Below, in pieces: positions 31,219 through 40,986 of a stretch of DNA of 64,000 bases. A program made the translations under genes and the position numbers. The stretch is taken from the IMG/VR virus record IMGVR_UViG_3300017971_000042, positions 2,375 through 66,374 of that record, one strand, 5' to 3'. The notes under the pieces were generated by a model that was not told where the DNA came from, searched no databases, and worked only from the letters and a program-made list of their open reading frames with translations. Numbering within the stretch: the first letter of the stretch is position 1; each line of letters opens with the position of its first letter. The stretch is from a virus.

Positions 31219-31411
31219 CTAACCTTAACTCCTCTTCTATAGGTCTCCATGAATTCTTGTTGTTTACTACATCGCAGGGCATTGAATGCCGCCTTCCTTT
31301 CCACAGATACACTATAATCTTTAATACATTACAGCGAGCGAACCTACCCGGAGGCAGTCCCCGGTGATTCACAGCTCCACAGTTCGCGCATCGATGGTCA
31401 TTAAATTTCAT
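31208..31411 (-). CDS. Small Cys-rich hypothetical protein
   Basis: CANC; coupled ORF. Confidence 0.45.
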   Translation of the reverse strand: MKFNDHRCANCGAVNHRGLPPGRFARCNVLKIIVYLWKGRRHSMPCDVVNNKNSWRPIEEELRLVGN

Positions 31412-33123
31412 TGTAGTTCCTCCGGAAATAATATCTCCGCGGCCTTAACCCGTCCCGGTGATGGATATTCGATTACTTCAAAAGTGTTTCTGAGCTTACC
31501 GAGATTATTCGTGAATCCGCTACTTATAGCCGATACATTGATCCTACCCGCCAGTTCCGGCTTAGCTATATCTTCCGGGTAAATCCGGATTAATTCCTGT
31601 AGTATTTGAACCTGGCGCCCGGACTTTATGACATTTAACCAGGAACGCTGATAATCCTCCAGGTCGATTATATCGATGGAATCCTTAGCATACCCCCTTC
31701 CGGAATCGGTTAAGCAAATATAGCCCGGTGATGGATAGTTGACCAGCTCCATTGAGTTATGAAGTGATCCTAAAACATTTGTGTATCCGCTACTTTTGGG
31801 GCTAACTCCAATAATGATAGCCACAACAGCCTTTTTGACAGAATCCCTCCCCAGTTGCTCCATCATGGCCAGAGCGTCTAATATCTGCTGCTGCCTATTT
31901 GTAAGAGAAATCGATCCCTCCTGGCCCTTGTTGTTATCAGGTTTAGGAGGATTCGGTTTCGGTATCTTGATATCCGATACTGTCGGAACCTTCACTCCAT
32001 CAGCTATTTTGCGAAATTCAATTGAAGATAGACTTAACTTGCAACTAAGGTCTGTGAATAAACTTGATATAAATTTACTATATTTCTCCTGCTTCTTATT
32101 AGCAATACTCAATGCGCCCCTTAGCTGTTTGATTTCCGTCTCATGATTGCAGGATGGAATCTGTTTCTTTAATTCTCGTTCTAATTCCCTGATCCTCGAG
32201 CGTAAAGAATTAATATTCTGAGCTTCTTTCTCAGCTTCCGCCGGTAGACCCTTCAATTCATTCAAGACTGATATTATTTTGCCCGTAGGTTTCGGAGGGG
32301 CATCTATATTACGAGCTCCTACTCTCGGGTGCCGGGACTGAACGGAACCGACCTTAAGAACCTCAACTCCGGCTTCATGTTTACTACCTTTCGTTAATGC
32401 CGGTCCGTAAATATGGAATTCCCCGGGCTGCAGGTTTCTTAGAGTTAATCTCTGCTGCTTCTCGATTATTCCCAACTCATCAGCTGCCCTGCGCTGATCG
32501 ATATCTAAGGACGTTCTGCCAACCATTTTATTCAGCAATTCTGCACAGGCATCCTTATGAAGCTTGGATAGCCGCTGGGTAGCTAATATGGCACAGTAAC
32601 CGCGCTTGCGTCCCCTGGTGGCCAGATCTATCACCGCCTGATATGATTCACACTGTCCCTTCTCCGGCGCGAAATGATGCGCTTCATCTAATACTACCAA
32701 TACCGGATGCCATAGAGTCTTAGGAGCGCTCATAAGCGATTCTAAGAACAAACGGACGAACCTTACCCGGTCATGCGCTTTTAATTCGTACAGATCACAG
32801 ACAGTCGAAACACCCAACTCGAGAAGCTTACGCGCCAGCATTTTGGCAGACGACGGTTGTACCGGTGTATCAGCATTCTTGCCGGCAATCACATATTCGA
32901 ATTTCTCGCGAAGGGTAGAGAATTCACCCTCGAGATCTAAAACGATCTGCTGGATTTTACCGTGGCTTTGTTCCAGAAGGCGCCTGATAGCATATGATTT
33001 ACCGCCCCCGGAGTTGGCCTGTATCAGCATTCTTGTATCAACCAAGGTAGCCAATTCCAAGGATATTCTATCATTCCCGGACTTACCAAGTTTTATTAAT
33101 TCATTACTTGATCCTAAAACCAT
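31408..33123 (-). CDS. HerA/FtsK-like ATPase (DUF87) with C-terminal tandem wHTH
   Basis: ANSGGGKS, LDLEGEF, LDEAH, RGRKRG, ATQR; two C-terminal repeats (GYTNVLGSL / GFTNNLGKL...YPSPG). Confidence 0.82.
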   Translation of the reverse strand: MVLGSSNELIKLGKSGNDRISLELATLVDTRMLIQANSGGGKSYAIRRLLEQSHGKIQQIVLDLEGEFSTLREKFEYVIAGKNADTPVQPSSAKMLARKLLELGVSTVCDLYELKAHDRVRFVRLFLESLMSAPKTLWHPVLVVLDEAHHFAPEKGQCESYQAVIDLATRGRKRGYCAILATQRLSKLHKDACAELLNKMVGRTSLDIDQRRAADELGIIEKQQRLTLRNLQPGEFHIYGPALTKGSKHEAGVEVLKVGSVQSRHPRVGARNIDAPPKPTGKIISVLNELKGLPAEAEKEAQNINSLRSRIRELERELKKQIPSCNHETEIKQLRGALSIANKKQEKYSKFISSLFTDLSCKLSLSSIEFRKIADGVKVPTVSDIKIPKPNPPKPDNNKGQEGSISLTNRQQQILDALAMMEQLGRDSVKKAVVAIIIGVSPKSSGYTNVLGSLHNSMELVNYPSPGYICLTDSGRGYAKDSIDIIDLEDYQRSWLNVIKSGRQVQILQELIRIYPEDIAKPELAGRINVSAISSGFTNNLGKLRNTFEVIEYPSPGRVKAAEILFPEELQ

Positions 33124-33124
33124 C

Positions 33125-33277
33125 CTATCCCTCAAATCCCGTTACTGTTTCACTACAGCATCCACAGACGCCATTTTCAGTATCCACACAATCATCACAT
33201 ACGGTCTCACCACAGTTCGGGCAGGCCTGAGTTTTGTGATCATCCACAATATTGAAGCAACTTGAACATTCTATCAT
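33125..33277 (-). CDS. 50-aa Cys-rich zinc-finger protein (absent from ORF track)
   Basis: MIECSSC...CPNCGETVCDDC...CGCC; AAGGA RBS. Confidence 0.6.
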   Translation of the reverse strand: MIECSSCFNIVDDHKTQACPNCGETVCDDCVDTENGVCGCCSETVTGFEG

Positions 33278-33295
33278 TTTATTATCCTTAAAATT

Positions 33296-33361
33296 TCAGT
33301 CCGGATCGGAGACGGCAGGGAGGGGGGCTGGAACCCTACCATCTGCGCGATCCTGGACTGA
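33296..33361 (-). promoter_or_regulatory. Long intergenic RNA hairpin
   Basis: TCAGTCC-GGATC...GATCC-TGGACTGA; inner stem has G-U pairs only on the minus strand. Confidence 0.5.
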
Positions 33362-33365
33362 TTAA

Positions 33366-33623
33366 TCAAAACATCTCCTCTTGATTCTCATCTTTGAAAT
33401 ACAATCTCTGGATAGCTTCGATGCCGTTACGATTCTCGGTTGTATCCGGAATGATCCAAGCATTTAACTCGTTATCCCACTTGCTTTCCGGATAAGGAAA
33501 TCGCTCCTTAATCGCTTCCTTAGCTTCTATCCAGGCCAGCTTCTTATCAGGCGTCTTCCGGTTAAAATCTCCCCTCTCGAACTTCACGTGAAGCTCTCCT
33601 GTTCTTTCAACTTTTACCATCAT
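33366..33623 (-). CDS. Hypothetical protein
   Basis: 85-aa coupled ORF (KWDNELNAW). Confidence 0.55.
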   Translation of the reverse strand: MMVKVERTGELHVKFERGDFNRKTPDKKLAWIEAKEAIKERFPYPESKWDNELNAWIIPDTTENRNGIEAIQRLYFKDENQEEMF

Positions 33624-35887
33624 CAGTTCATCACCATTTCTATTTTCCCAGTCTCCGGATTCAGGTGAATCCTCTGAGGAACCTGGTTCCAGATCTCCGG
33701 ACGCTGGGTGATCAGTATCGTATGATGTGCCCCGGTTAATTCATGCGCTTTAAATGCGGTCTTCAGGAAAGCCTCCGCCCTATCCGGATCAAGGGGACCA
33801 TCTGCTTCGTCCTGCATGATAGTCCTGTAATCTCTCCCGGAATGTTTTACCAAGTAGATGGTGACCGCTTTTCGAAGAGACTCCTCAATCCAGACTTTCT
33901 GGCCGCCGGACAGCTTTTCAAGCTCTACAACTCCCCCCGGACGCGAAACCATTATCCGAAAGTCTTCAATCTCTTTTTTGCCATCAGCCGAATCCCGGAT
34001 AGTATTAATACCTATTGACCATTCCCTGCCGAACTCCTGAAGAATCTCGGTGGCGATTTCGGATATCTGAGGTATAGCCGAATCAAGTTCTAAGGCCTGA
34101 AGGCCGTTTTTACCGCAGGCTAATTCCAGGAACCTCCAGTCGGAGATATCTCTGTTAAGGATATCCTGATTAGTACTCAGCTGCTGTAATTCCTCTTTTT
34201 GTTTTTTATTGGATTCAGCAAGTTCATCAAGGGCTTTAAGTTGTCCCTGAACTTCACCGAGTTCGGTACGTTTATTTGAAAGAGCATTCTGAATAGAGTG
34301 TTTCTTGGTGTTGAGTTTTGCGACATTTACATCTGTAAATGACTTTAACTTTTCACTCACCTCTTCGAAACACTCCATAACTTCATCACGTTTAGTATTC
34401 AGACTCTCAGACCGTCCCTGAAAATCTCTTTCGACCTCGGATCTGCGTTCGTTTGTCTTTTCGATCTCCCGCTTAAGGTTATCAATTGTCATTTCCGCTT
34501 TATCCAAATCAGTAATCAACTTAGTCCAGTCCCGCTTGTTAAGCTGTTCGAGTTCATTTTTGATATCGTTGTGCTGAGCGTCGTTATATGGAGTAGCTTC
34601 TATTTCAGCCTTGAGGACAGCTAATTTTGACTGTTCCGGGATTGGATCGTCTTTTCTGGCAACCAGGTCGGCTAACTCCTTCTTTAATTGTACTGCCGAA
34701 TCCCTACCCTTCCGGGCGTTATCGATTAGGGGACAGGTCCTGACATACTCCTCGTTATCATTGCATGGAACCGCATCTAACTGACCGGCTGCTTTCTCAT
34801 TGCTCTTAAGTTGCTGAGTTAAGAGATTTATCTGGTCAGTCCGGCTTTTGATTTCATTATTGATTTTAATATCGAGGGATTCTTTCTTCACGGTCAGTTC
34901 AGATAGTGCCCGTGCCACCACAGAGAGTTCGGAATCAAGCCTCTTAAGCTCTTCGAATCGCTTAGCCTTTTCCCTGATAATATCTGCATTCTCGATATAC
35001 TTCCGTTGTTGTTCAATAGCTTGCTGGCATTCCTGTAATTCCGATTCCACTTTCTTCAACCAAGCCTTATTATTATCTGTAAGCTCATTGATCTCCTTAT
35101 TTACAGAGAGTATATCATTCTTCAATTTCTGGGCCTGCTCAAGCAGAGACTCTTGTTCTGTATGTCTGCCCTGGGCGTCATTAATCTCTTTATCAACTGC
35201 AGATAAAGCTGCCTCCCGGTCCCTAATACCGTCCCGGATATCTCTTAATCTTTTTTCAGTTTCCTCACGTTCAGAAAGCTTATCATTATTCATTTTTATA
35301 GCCTGTTCAATCTGCTGAATCCGTCCGCTTAACTCTGCCCTGGTCTCAGCAAGCTGCGAAGCCCTACCCTTTGCATCCGAGGATAAAATCTCGTACTTGT
35401 CCAGCCCCATTAAACCGGCAAAGAACTTCTTGCTCTCCCCTGCTTTGAGAGTAGATATCCCGTCCCCGTTCTGGGAGAGGAATATCGATTTAAAGAATAA
35501 ATCCGGATCTCCGAACAATTCATCTACAAGTTTCTTATAGCTTGGTGTTTTACCATCATTGAGCGGCTGGTCTTCAAGATAGAGATATGTTTCAATCTTC
35601 TTCCTTTCCCCATCGATCAGAAATCTGGAAGTATATATCTTCCCGTTATATTCAAACCTGAGTTCCCGTAATGAATCCTTCAGGTAAAAATGCTGCGTCA
35701 GAGATCCACTGTAGGTGACCATTCTCGGCCAGGGATGGAGATTCTCGAGTATCGTTGATTTGCCGGCGCCATTCTCACCAACTAATGCTATTGGACCCGG
35801 GTCAAACCGCTCGAAAGGAATAACCACATCCTCACCGTACGGTTTTAGGCCGATGGCGCCCCTGATAGTTGCGCTGATCAATCTCAT
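33623..35887 (-). CDS. sbcC: SbcC/Rad50-like SMC ATPase
   Basis: GENGAGKS, coiled coils with central Cys pair, LSGGQ, QDEADGPLD. Confidence 0.88.
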   Translation of the reverse strand: MRLISATIRGAIGLKPYGEDVVIPFERFDPGPIALVGENGAGKSTILENLHPWPRMVTYSGSLTQHFYLKDSLRELRFEYNGKIYTSRFLIDGERKKIETYLYLEDQPLNDGKTPSYKKLVDELFGDPDLFFKSIFLSQNGDGISTLKAGESKKFFAGLMGLDKYEILSSDAKGRASQLAETRAELSGRIQQIEQAIKMNNDKLSEREETEKRLRDIRDGIRDREAALSAVDKEINDAQGRHTEQESLLEQAQKLKNDILSVNKEINELTDNNKAWLKKVESELQECQQAIEQQRKYIENADIIREKAKRFEELKRLDSELSVVARALSELTVKKESLDIKINNEIKSRTDQINLLTQQLKSNEKAAGQLDAVPCNDNEEYVRTCPLIDNARKGRDSAVQLKKELADLVARKDDPIPEQSKLAVLKAEIEATPYNDAQHNDIKNELEQLNKRDWTKLITDLDKAEMTIDNLKREIEKTNERRSEVERDFQGRSESLNTKRDEVMECFEEVSEKLKSFTDVNVAKLNTKKHSIQNALSNKRTELGEVQGQLKALDELAESNKKQKEELQQLSTNQDILNRDISDWRFLELACGKNGLQALELDSAIPQISEIATEILQEFGREWSIGINTIRDSADGKKEIEDFRIMVSRPGGVVELEKLSGGQKVWIEESLRKAVTIYLVKHSGRDYRTIMQDEADGPLDPDRAEAFLKTAFKAHELTGAHHTILITQRPEIWNQVPQRIHLNPETGKIEMVMN

Positions 35888-37029
35888 ATCCCCACCTCCT
35901 CTTCTAATAGATCCGCTTTTTCCAGTGAAGTATCAGTAACCTCAACTTCTTTGACTTCGCTATACTCGGTGATTTTATCCCGGAGTGATTTAGTTTCGGT
36001 CAGATTAGCCGCCCGTACCCTCATCGATGGTGAAGTGATCTTCTCGATGATGGTACTGTTGCCCTCTTCACACCAGGCGTAAGCATGGCTTTCGATTTCC
36101 GGATTGAACTGATGCGCCTCAGCATGGATACGGACTTTAATGTCCGCTCCAACACATGGTTCCTCTGAATACTCTGGCCTACCATCTACGAGGCGAACGT
36201 CTATCACCTGCCGCGGTCTGGATGGAGTTTCGATAAACTCAATGTCTGATAGCTCTCCACTATCATTGAAAGTTACAATCTTAAATCCTTTAGGTTCAAG
36301 CTCCCCGAAATTCTGATGATACGGTGAACCGGCATAACTGATATGATCCGGGAATGTGGGCTGTTGAGCTTTATGAATATGTCCCAGGGCGATATAATCA
36401 GCATTGGCCATTTCCAAATCAGCAAATGATACCTGTATATCTCCTCCGTACATGGTCTGCCCGGTCGATGTTTCTGATCCAGTTACCGTGATATGGGCTA
36501 CCAATATATGAGGTTTTTTATCAGCAGAAATCGTAGCCCCGAAATCAGCAAGAATCGTTCTCAGGTTGCTTTGGATTAATTCATTAATCTCATCAGGGGA
36601 GGCTTCGAGGTCTTTAGCCAGGTTTGACTTTGTAGGTGCTGGCAAGACAGACAACCTACCTATATAGGTATTCTCCGGGAAACTTTTCATTTCAATAATC
36701 CCTGATGTCCCGAAGGTCATTAAACAACCACCATCTATCAATTCAGGATCTATATTATTGAAAATATCAATGCTCCCCGGTATATCATGGCTGGGTGTTC
36801 CCTGGATTAAATACATGGGTGCCGGTGTACTTCTGAAGAGTTCGACAATCTCATTGAAAGGACCGCTATCATTTAATGTAATAGCGCCGTCCCAGGTATC
36901 TCCGGCATTGACTATCGCATCGACCTCCCTCTCCCTGCAGGTCTCAAGTATGAATTTCAGGGCTTTTATCGCCTCCTCCTTGTTTTTCTGGGAAGCGTGT
37001 AAGTCTGCAAAATGCGCTATTTTAACCAT
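35884..37029 (-). CDS. sbcD: SbcD/Mre11-like nuclease
   Basis: ADLH, AGD, GTPSHD, ALGHIH, YAGS..NFGE. Confidence 0.9.
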   Translation of the reverse strand: MVKIAHFADLHASQKNKEEAIKALKFILETCREREVDAIVNAGDTWDGAITLNDSGPFNEIVELFRSTPAPMYLIQGTPSHDIPGSIDIFNNIDPELIDGGCLMTFGTSGIIEMKSFPENTYIGRLSVLPAPTKSNLAKDLEASPDEINELIQSNLRTILADFGATISADKKPHILVAHITVTGSETSTGQTMYGGDIQVSFADLEMANADYIALGHIHKAQQPTFPDHISYAGSPYHQNFGELEPKGFKIVTFNDSGELSDIEFIETPSRPRQVIDVRLVDGRPEYSEEPCVGADIKVRIHAEAHQFNPEIESHAYAWCEEGNSTIIEKITSPSMRVRAANLTETKSLRDKITEYSEVKEVEVTDTSLEKADLLEEEVGI

Positions 37030-37055
37030 AAATTTCCTCTATCTAACTGGGTGAT

Positions 37056-37844
37056 TTAAAAGGGTAAATCATCCTCATAGTTTTCAAATTCCTGTTCAAC
37101 AAAGTATTCCGTCGCCGCCTTCATTTTATCCACCTTGTTTTTAGGGATATGATTCAGCAACAGGACACCGTCCTTATCCGGCAATTTGACTTCAGAAAAC
37201 TTATTCTGGTATATATTGCATAACGCAGTATAAGCCTTAAGCTTTCCACTCTGTACCAGAGGTGATTTCTTCACTATTGCCATAAGCATATTGAACTGCT
37301 TCTCGGTCAGGCAACCGGCAACCTCTTTGAATTTACTCTGAGATTCCGGCTTCCCATTACCAGTCTGCTGTCCTCCCGGAGATGGCTTTCTCCGGTTTTC
37401 AGGATTACTTAATTCACCCAAAAATATAGAGGCTGCACTGCCCAACTTGCTCAAGGCCTTCGTTGTTAAATCTGTGAGGAGCTTCTTGCGGTTGTCACCA
37501 TGTGGCACCCAGATAGAATCCACGGAGATCTCAAAGCAGATCTCCTGACCGTCCTCGCCCGGGTAGAAGAATACGGCATCAAGACAGACTTCCTGAGTTT
37601 TAGATTCTTCAGTAACCTCTCCGGTTTTCCTGTCCGTCTTTTCGATTACTACATCCCGATAGGAATGTTTACAGTCTCTGACTCCCCATTTTCCGCCGTA
37701 CGGACCCCATTTTTCCGTTGCCTGCATGATCTGGTAGTGAGGATTTATTGCAGTGTATTTCCTCTTACCGTAATCTACCTTCTTAGTATATTCCGCAGGT
37801 ATGTCCGGATCGAATATCCAACAGCTTTTATTAACTTCCACCAT
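37056..37844 (-). CDS. Rad52/Sak-like single-strand annealing protein
   Basis: YTAINPHYQI..ATEKWGPYG..WG and KKLLTDLTTKALSKLG..A.IF.G. Confidence 0.65.
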   Translation of the reverse strand: MVEVNKSCWIFDPDIPAEYTKKVDYGKRKYTAINPHYQIMQATEKWGPYGGKWGVRDCKHSYRDVVIEKTDRKTGEVTEESKTQEVCLDAVFFYPGEDGQEICFEISVDSIWVPHGDNRKKLLTDLTTKALSKLGSAASIFLGELSNPENRRKPSPGGQQTGNGKPESQSKFKEVAGCLTEKQFNMLMAIVKKSPLVQSGKLKAYTALCNIYQNKFSEVKLPDKDGVLLLNHIPKNKVDKMKAATEYFVEQEFENYEDDLPF

Positions 37845-38229
37845 TTGCTACCCCCTTCTTTGCTAAACCGATCTCCGCCTGCATATCGTTTTTCTGAACC
37901 CATGCCCGAACCTGATTAGCGGTAATCATCCACTCCTTATCATCAAGCCTGGCTATAATTTCCCATTTAAATGCTTGGTGATATGGCCAAGCTTTCTCGT
38001 AAGCTTCTTTCTCCTCGTAGGCATCAGCTATGAATACCGCCACTAATAATGATAGAGCGAGATCCGCAGGTCCGGAACCTCCATACCCCCACTCGAAACC
38101 ATCTAATGAATGATATTCTATATGTTTGAGTGATGGGATAACGTCCGGCTTCTCAGAGGAATCGCATTGAACCTCCTCAACAATCGGAGTTAATCCCAAC
38201 CTTCTCCCGGTAAAATAATGCAACTTCAT
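37831..38229 (-). CDS. DUF6166-like protein
   Basis: HSLDGFEWGYGGSGPADLALSLL...YHQAFKWEII. Confidence 0.75.
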   Translation of the reverse strand: MKLHYFTGRRLGLTPIVEEVQCDSSEKPDVIPSLKHIEYHSLDGFEWGYGGSGPADLALSLLVAVFIADAYEEKEAYEKAWPYHQAFKWEIIARLDDKEWMITANQVRAWVQKNDMQAEIGLAKKGVANGGS

Positions 38230-38406
38230 TTTTTTCTTGACCTCCACGCCCTGGTGGGCTATATTTAATTAAGTTAATTGTTGCCTTCGGCAACGGCCTT
38301 CTGTAATGCCTCGCATGCCCGCGGGGCTTCTTTATTTTCTCCCGATTCATCGAATGTTAATCGCGGATCGTCGAAGTCTGTTATTCTGAGAATTATCCTT
38401 TGCATT

Positions 38407-38598
38407 TTATATCTCCTTCCCTGCTTGGTTAATTCTGCTTTCTTTTATCTTGCGTCTTAACTCCTTGGTGCTGATCAGTAATTTGTTTGTTGGCCGAAAT
38501 GCCGCTATTTCTCCTATCTTGATCCACTCCCGTAATTTAGAGGGCGATATCCCGAAATCATCCTGCGCCCTTCTCAGGCTAATGAATTCAGCTGCCAT
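38407..38598 (-). CDS. Excisionase-like HTH protein
   Basis: FISLRRA..FGISPSKLREWIK.GEIAA. Confidence 0.65.
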   Translation of the reverse strand: MAAEFISLRRAQDDFGISPSKLREWIKIGEIAAFRPTNKLLISTKELRRKIKESRINQAGKEI

Positions 38599-39068
38599 TA
38601 TATCACCTGCTCCAATTGTTCCCGCAGCGTTACTAATTTTGACATCGCCTTCTTGGTATCCCTCAGAAGAAGTTTCGCCTCTCCCTTATCAAGACGATTA
38701 TCCTCCATCGAGCTATTGATATCCCCACATAGGATTCCTATGTTCTGAGCAATGTTTAAGCCGTCGCTCCGGAGTAGTTCCGGTTTTAACTCTCCGGTGC
38801 GTTTCGGCCTGACTAAAACCAAGAGGTCTCCATCGAAAACTTCCATTAATAGCTTCTCTGCAAGCTGCGGTTGGGTTTTATAGAATAAGGAGTACAATTT
38901 CTCGAAGGTCTCCGTCCAGAACCGCGTCCTTCCACACATCTGCTCATTGAACTGATGCCTGGTAAAATCGAGTCTCTCAGCAATTATCTCCCGAGACAGA
39001 TTCTCGGCAACGCAAAATGCCGTCACAAGTTCGCTAACCTTCTTAGCCAGTATGACCTGGTTCCTCAT
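38598..39068 (-). CDS. CII-like phage regulatory protein
   Basis: N-terminal HTH; C-terminal SMEDNRLDKGE motif; second gene of the early operon. Confidence 0.55.
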   Translation of the reverse strand: MRNQVILAKKVSELVTAFCVAENLSREIIAERLDFTRHQFNEQMCGRTRFWTETFEKLYSLFYKTQPQLAEKLLMEVFDGDLLVLVRPKRTGELKPELLRSDGLNIAQNIGILCGDINSSMEDNRLDKGEAKLLLRDTKKAMSKLVTLREQLEQVI

Positions 39069-39283
39069 TCCAAATCTCTCCCAATTCTTGGTTTGCTAAC
39101 CATTTCGCTTCTCTTTACCATATTATCATGACCATAAAGTTAAAACACACGGAGGACCGGAAACCAGGCTCCCTCTGGCCGGGAAAGCGAGATATGCCGC
39201 GGCTGTCACATCTCAAAGAACTCCCTGTATTTCCCAGGTCCTCCGGTGAGTGCAATAGTGAATTTCTATATAATGATATCATT

Positions 39284-39490
39284 CTAATTAGCCCCCATAG
39301 GCGCTGCCGAGGGATTTATCTCTTGGATAGCTTCTTTCCTATAATGCTCGATCAGAATCTGACGTATTCTCGTACTGACCCCAATTGTAGCCTCGTTTGC
39401 CTCTCTCTCCAGCTGGGCATAGACATCCCCCGGAACTTTCGTCACCTTGATAGGATCAGCTACATTCTTATTTTTCTTCTTCTCTGCCAT
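39284..39490 (-). CDS. Cro-position regulator, ribbon-helix-helix-like
   Basis: VTKVPGDVYAQLEREA...VSTRIRQIL; divergent from the repressor. Confidence 0.55.
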   Translation of the reverse strand: MAEKKKNKNVADPIKVTKVPGDVYAQLEREANEATIGVSTRIRQILIEHYRKEAIQEINPSAAPMGAN

Positions 39491-39515
39491 TTCCGGTCTC
39501 CTTTGAATTCACGTT

Positions 39516-39622
39516 GTGAATATTCACTATTTTGTCTCAAAAAAAATTCCTTTCCCCCTTTCAAGTGGGGCGAGCTTTCTATATTTACAATCTATTATTG
39601 TGAATATTCACACTTTTGTCAA
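39516..39622 (-). promoter_or_regulatory. Early promoter with two palindromic operators
   Basis: GTGAATATTCAC at 39516-39527 and 39600-39611; the second lies in the spacer of TTGACA-17-AATAAT on the minus strand. Confidence 0.75.
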
Positions 39623-39690
39623 GTACTTTTTTTACCTTTTTGTAACTTTTTTATTGTCTATTAGTATAAGTGTTTACTATAATTGTTATT

Positions 39691-40071
39691 ATGTTGTCAG
39701 GGAAGATAAAAGAATTGATGAAATTAAGAGGATGGAATCAAGTCGAAACAGCAAAAAAATCGGGATTAACCCCTTCTCAAATTAGCGCAATTTTATCGAA
39801 TAGAGTTAATAGTGACAACATTACTACCAAAAACGCCGACAAACTTGCCACCGCATTTGGAATCACCATTGATGAACTACTCGGAAGGAAGGCAAAAAAA
39901 AAGAGCGAATTAAATCTTGATCATATTGACCCCAGTATTCGAGGAATAGTGGAAGACCTAATGTCATGCACCGACGAAGAGTTTATCGAAATCATAAATA
40001 ATATTGCTAAGGAATTGAAAATTATAGATAAGAGTATTATTGAGGAGTTGATAAGAACAGCCAAAAAGTGA
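39691..40071 (+). CDS. XRE-family HTH phage repressor, probably leaderless
   Basis: IKELM..RGWNQVETAKKSGLTPSQISAI..KLATAFGITIDELLG; TATAAT ends 7 nt before the ATG. Confidence 0.85.
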   Translation: MLSGKIKELMKLRGWNQVETAKKSGLTPSQISAILSNRVNSDNITTKNADKLATAFGITIDELLGRKAKKKSELNLDHIDPSIRGIVEDLMSCTDEEFIEIINNIAKELKIIDKSIIEELIRTAKK

Positions 40072-40122
40072 TGGTGTAGTGAAGGGGGGTATGATAATAA
40101 TAATGACAACGGGAGGGCTTCC

Positions 40123-40245
40123 ATGGCTGCCAAAACGGAGAGACTAAACCTAATCCTCAAACTCTTAGGGGCACTGAATGCCGAACAAATCAAATCCATC
40201 AAACAAACCATCGATAAAACCTTAACCAAAAGGAGGGTAGCATGA
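40123..40245 (+). CDS. 40-aa hypothetical peptide (absent from ORF track)
   Basis: GGAGG RBS; MAAKTERLNLILKLL...; ATGA coupling to the next gene. Confidence 0.45.
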   Translation: MAAKTERLNLILKLLGALNAEQIKSIKQTIDKTLTKRRVA

Positions 40246-40637
40246 AATTCAAAGGTTATTTATCATTAGTATCTGGCTTTATTATTATATTGGTAATCAT
40301 TGGTTTAATCATTTCTTCTTCCGATGATAACAATTTCGAGCGGGATTATGATAATATTCACAATCCCGATTCAATCGATATTACATTTGAACTTCAGGAT
40401 ATATATCCGGACAAAGGTCAAAAGGTCGTAGTTTGGATTAAAAATAACTCGAGTCGCCATTTTGACGGAAGTGTCTCTATGTTTGCCAAAGATTTCGATA
40501 GTATCAGCATTGCCAGAGAAAACCTCTATATGGATAAACCTATTCCCCCAGGCCAACAAACATGGGCAATAATGTGGATTAAGGACCATTATCGTTTAGA
40601 CCATTTTAAATATGATCTGGATGGAAGGTTTTTATGA
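40242..40637 (+). CDS. Membrane-anchored Ig-like protein
   Basis: N-terminal TM, VWIKNNS..F.G, IPPGQ. Confidence 0.6.
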   Translation: MKFKGYLSLVSGFIIILVIIGLIISSSDDNNFERDYDNIHNPDSIDITFELQDIYPDKGQKVVVWIKNNSSRHFDGSVSMFAKDFDSISIARENLYMDKPIPPGQQTWAIMWIKDHYRLDHFKYDLDGRFL

Positions 40638-40660
40638 TATTTTTAGGAATGTAACATAAT

Positions 40661-40960
40661 ATGGAATCAATCAGCGCCTTGTTTATACTATTAATAGCAT
40701 TATTTCTTGTGATTCTTCTTATATGTTGGATTGTATTACCCTTCATTGTTATGGGTACAAACACCCGACTTGACAAGATACTTAAAGAGCTTCGGGCTAT
40801 TCGAATAAATAATACAGACATAGATAATCCACCCATAGAATCCGATGACTCGGAACACGCATATTTTCCGGATAAGAAGAAAAATGGTTCGGAGAGATCC
40901 GACAGCCTAAAAATCCCCGAAAACAAGAAAGCTTTTAATACTAAGAAGAAATCGAAATAA
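40661..40960 (+). CDS. Single-TM protein
   Basis: Long hydrophobic N-terminus. Confidence 0.55.
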   Translation: MESISALFILLIALFLVILLICWIVLPFIVMGTNTRLDKILKELRAIRINNTDIDNPPIESDDSEHAYFPDKKKNGSERSDSLKIPENKKAFNTKKKSK

Positions 40961-40986
40961 TGAATAATATCTAACCGAGGTTCTAA

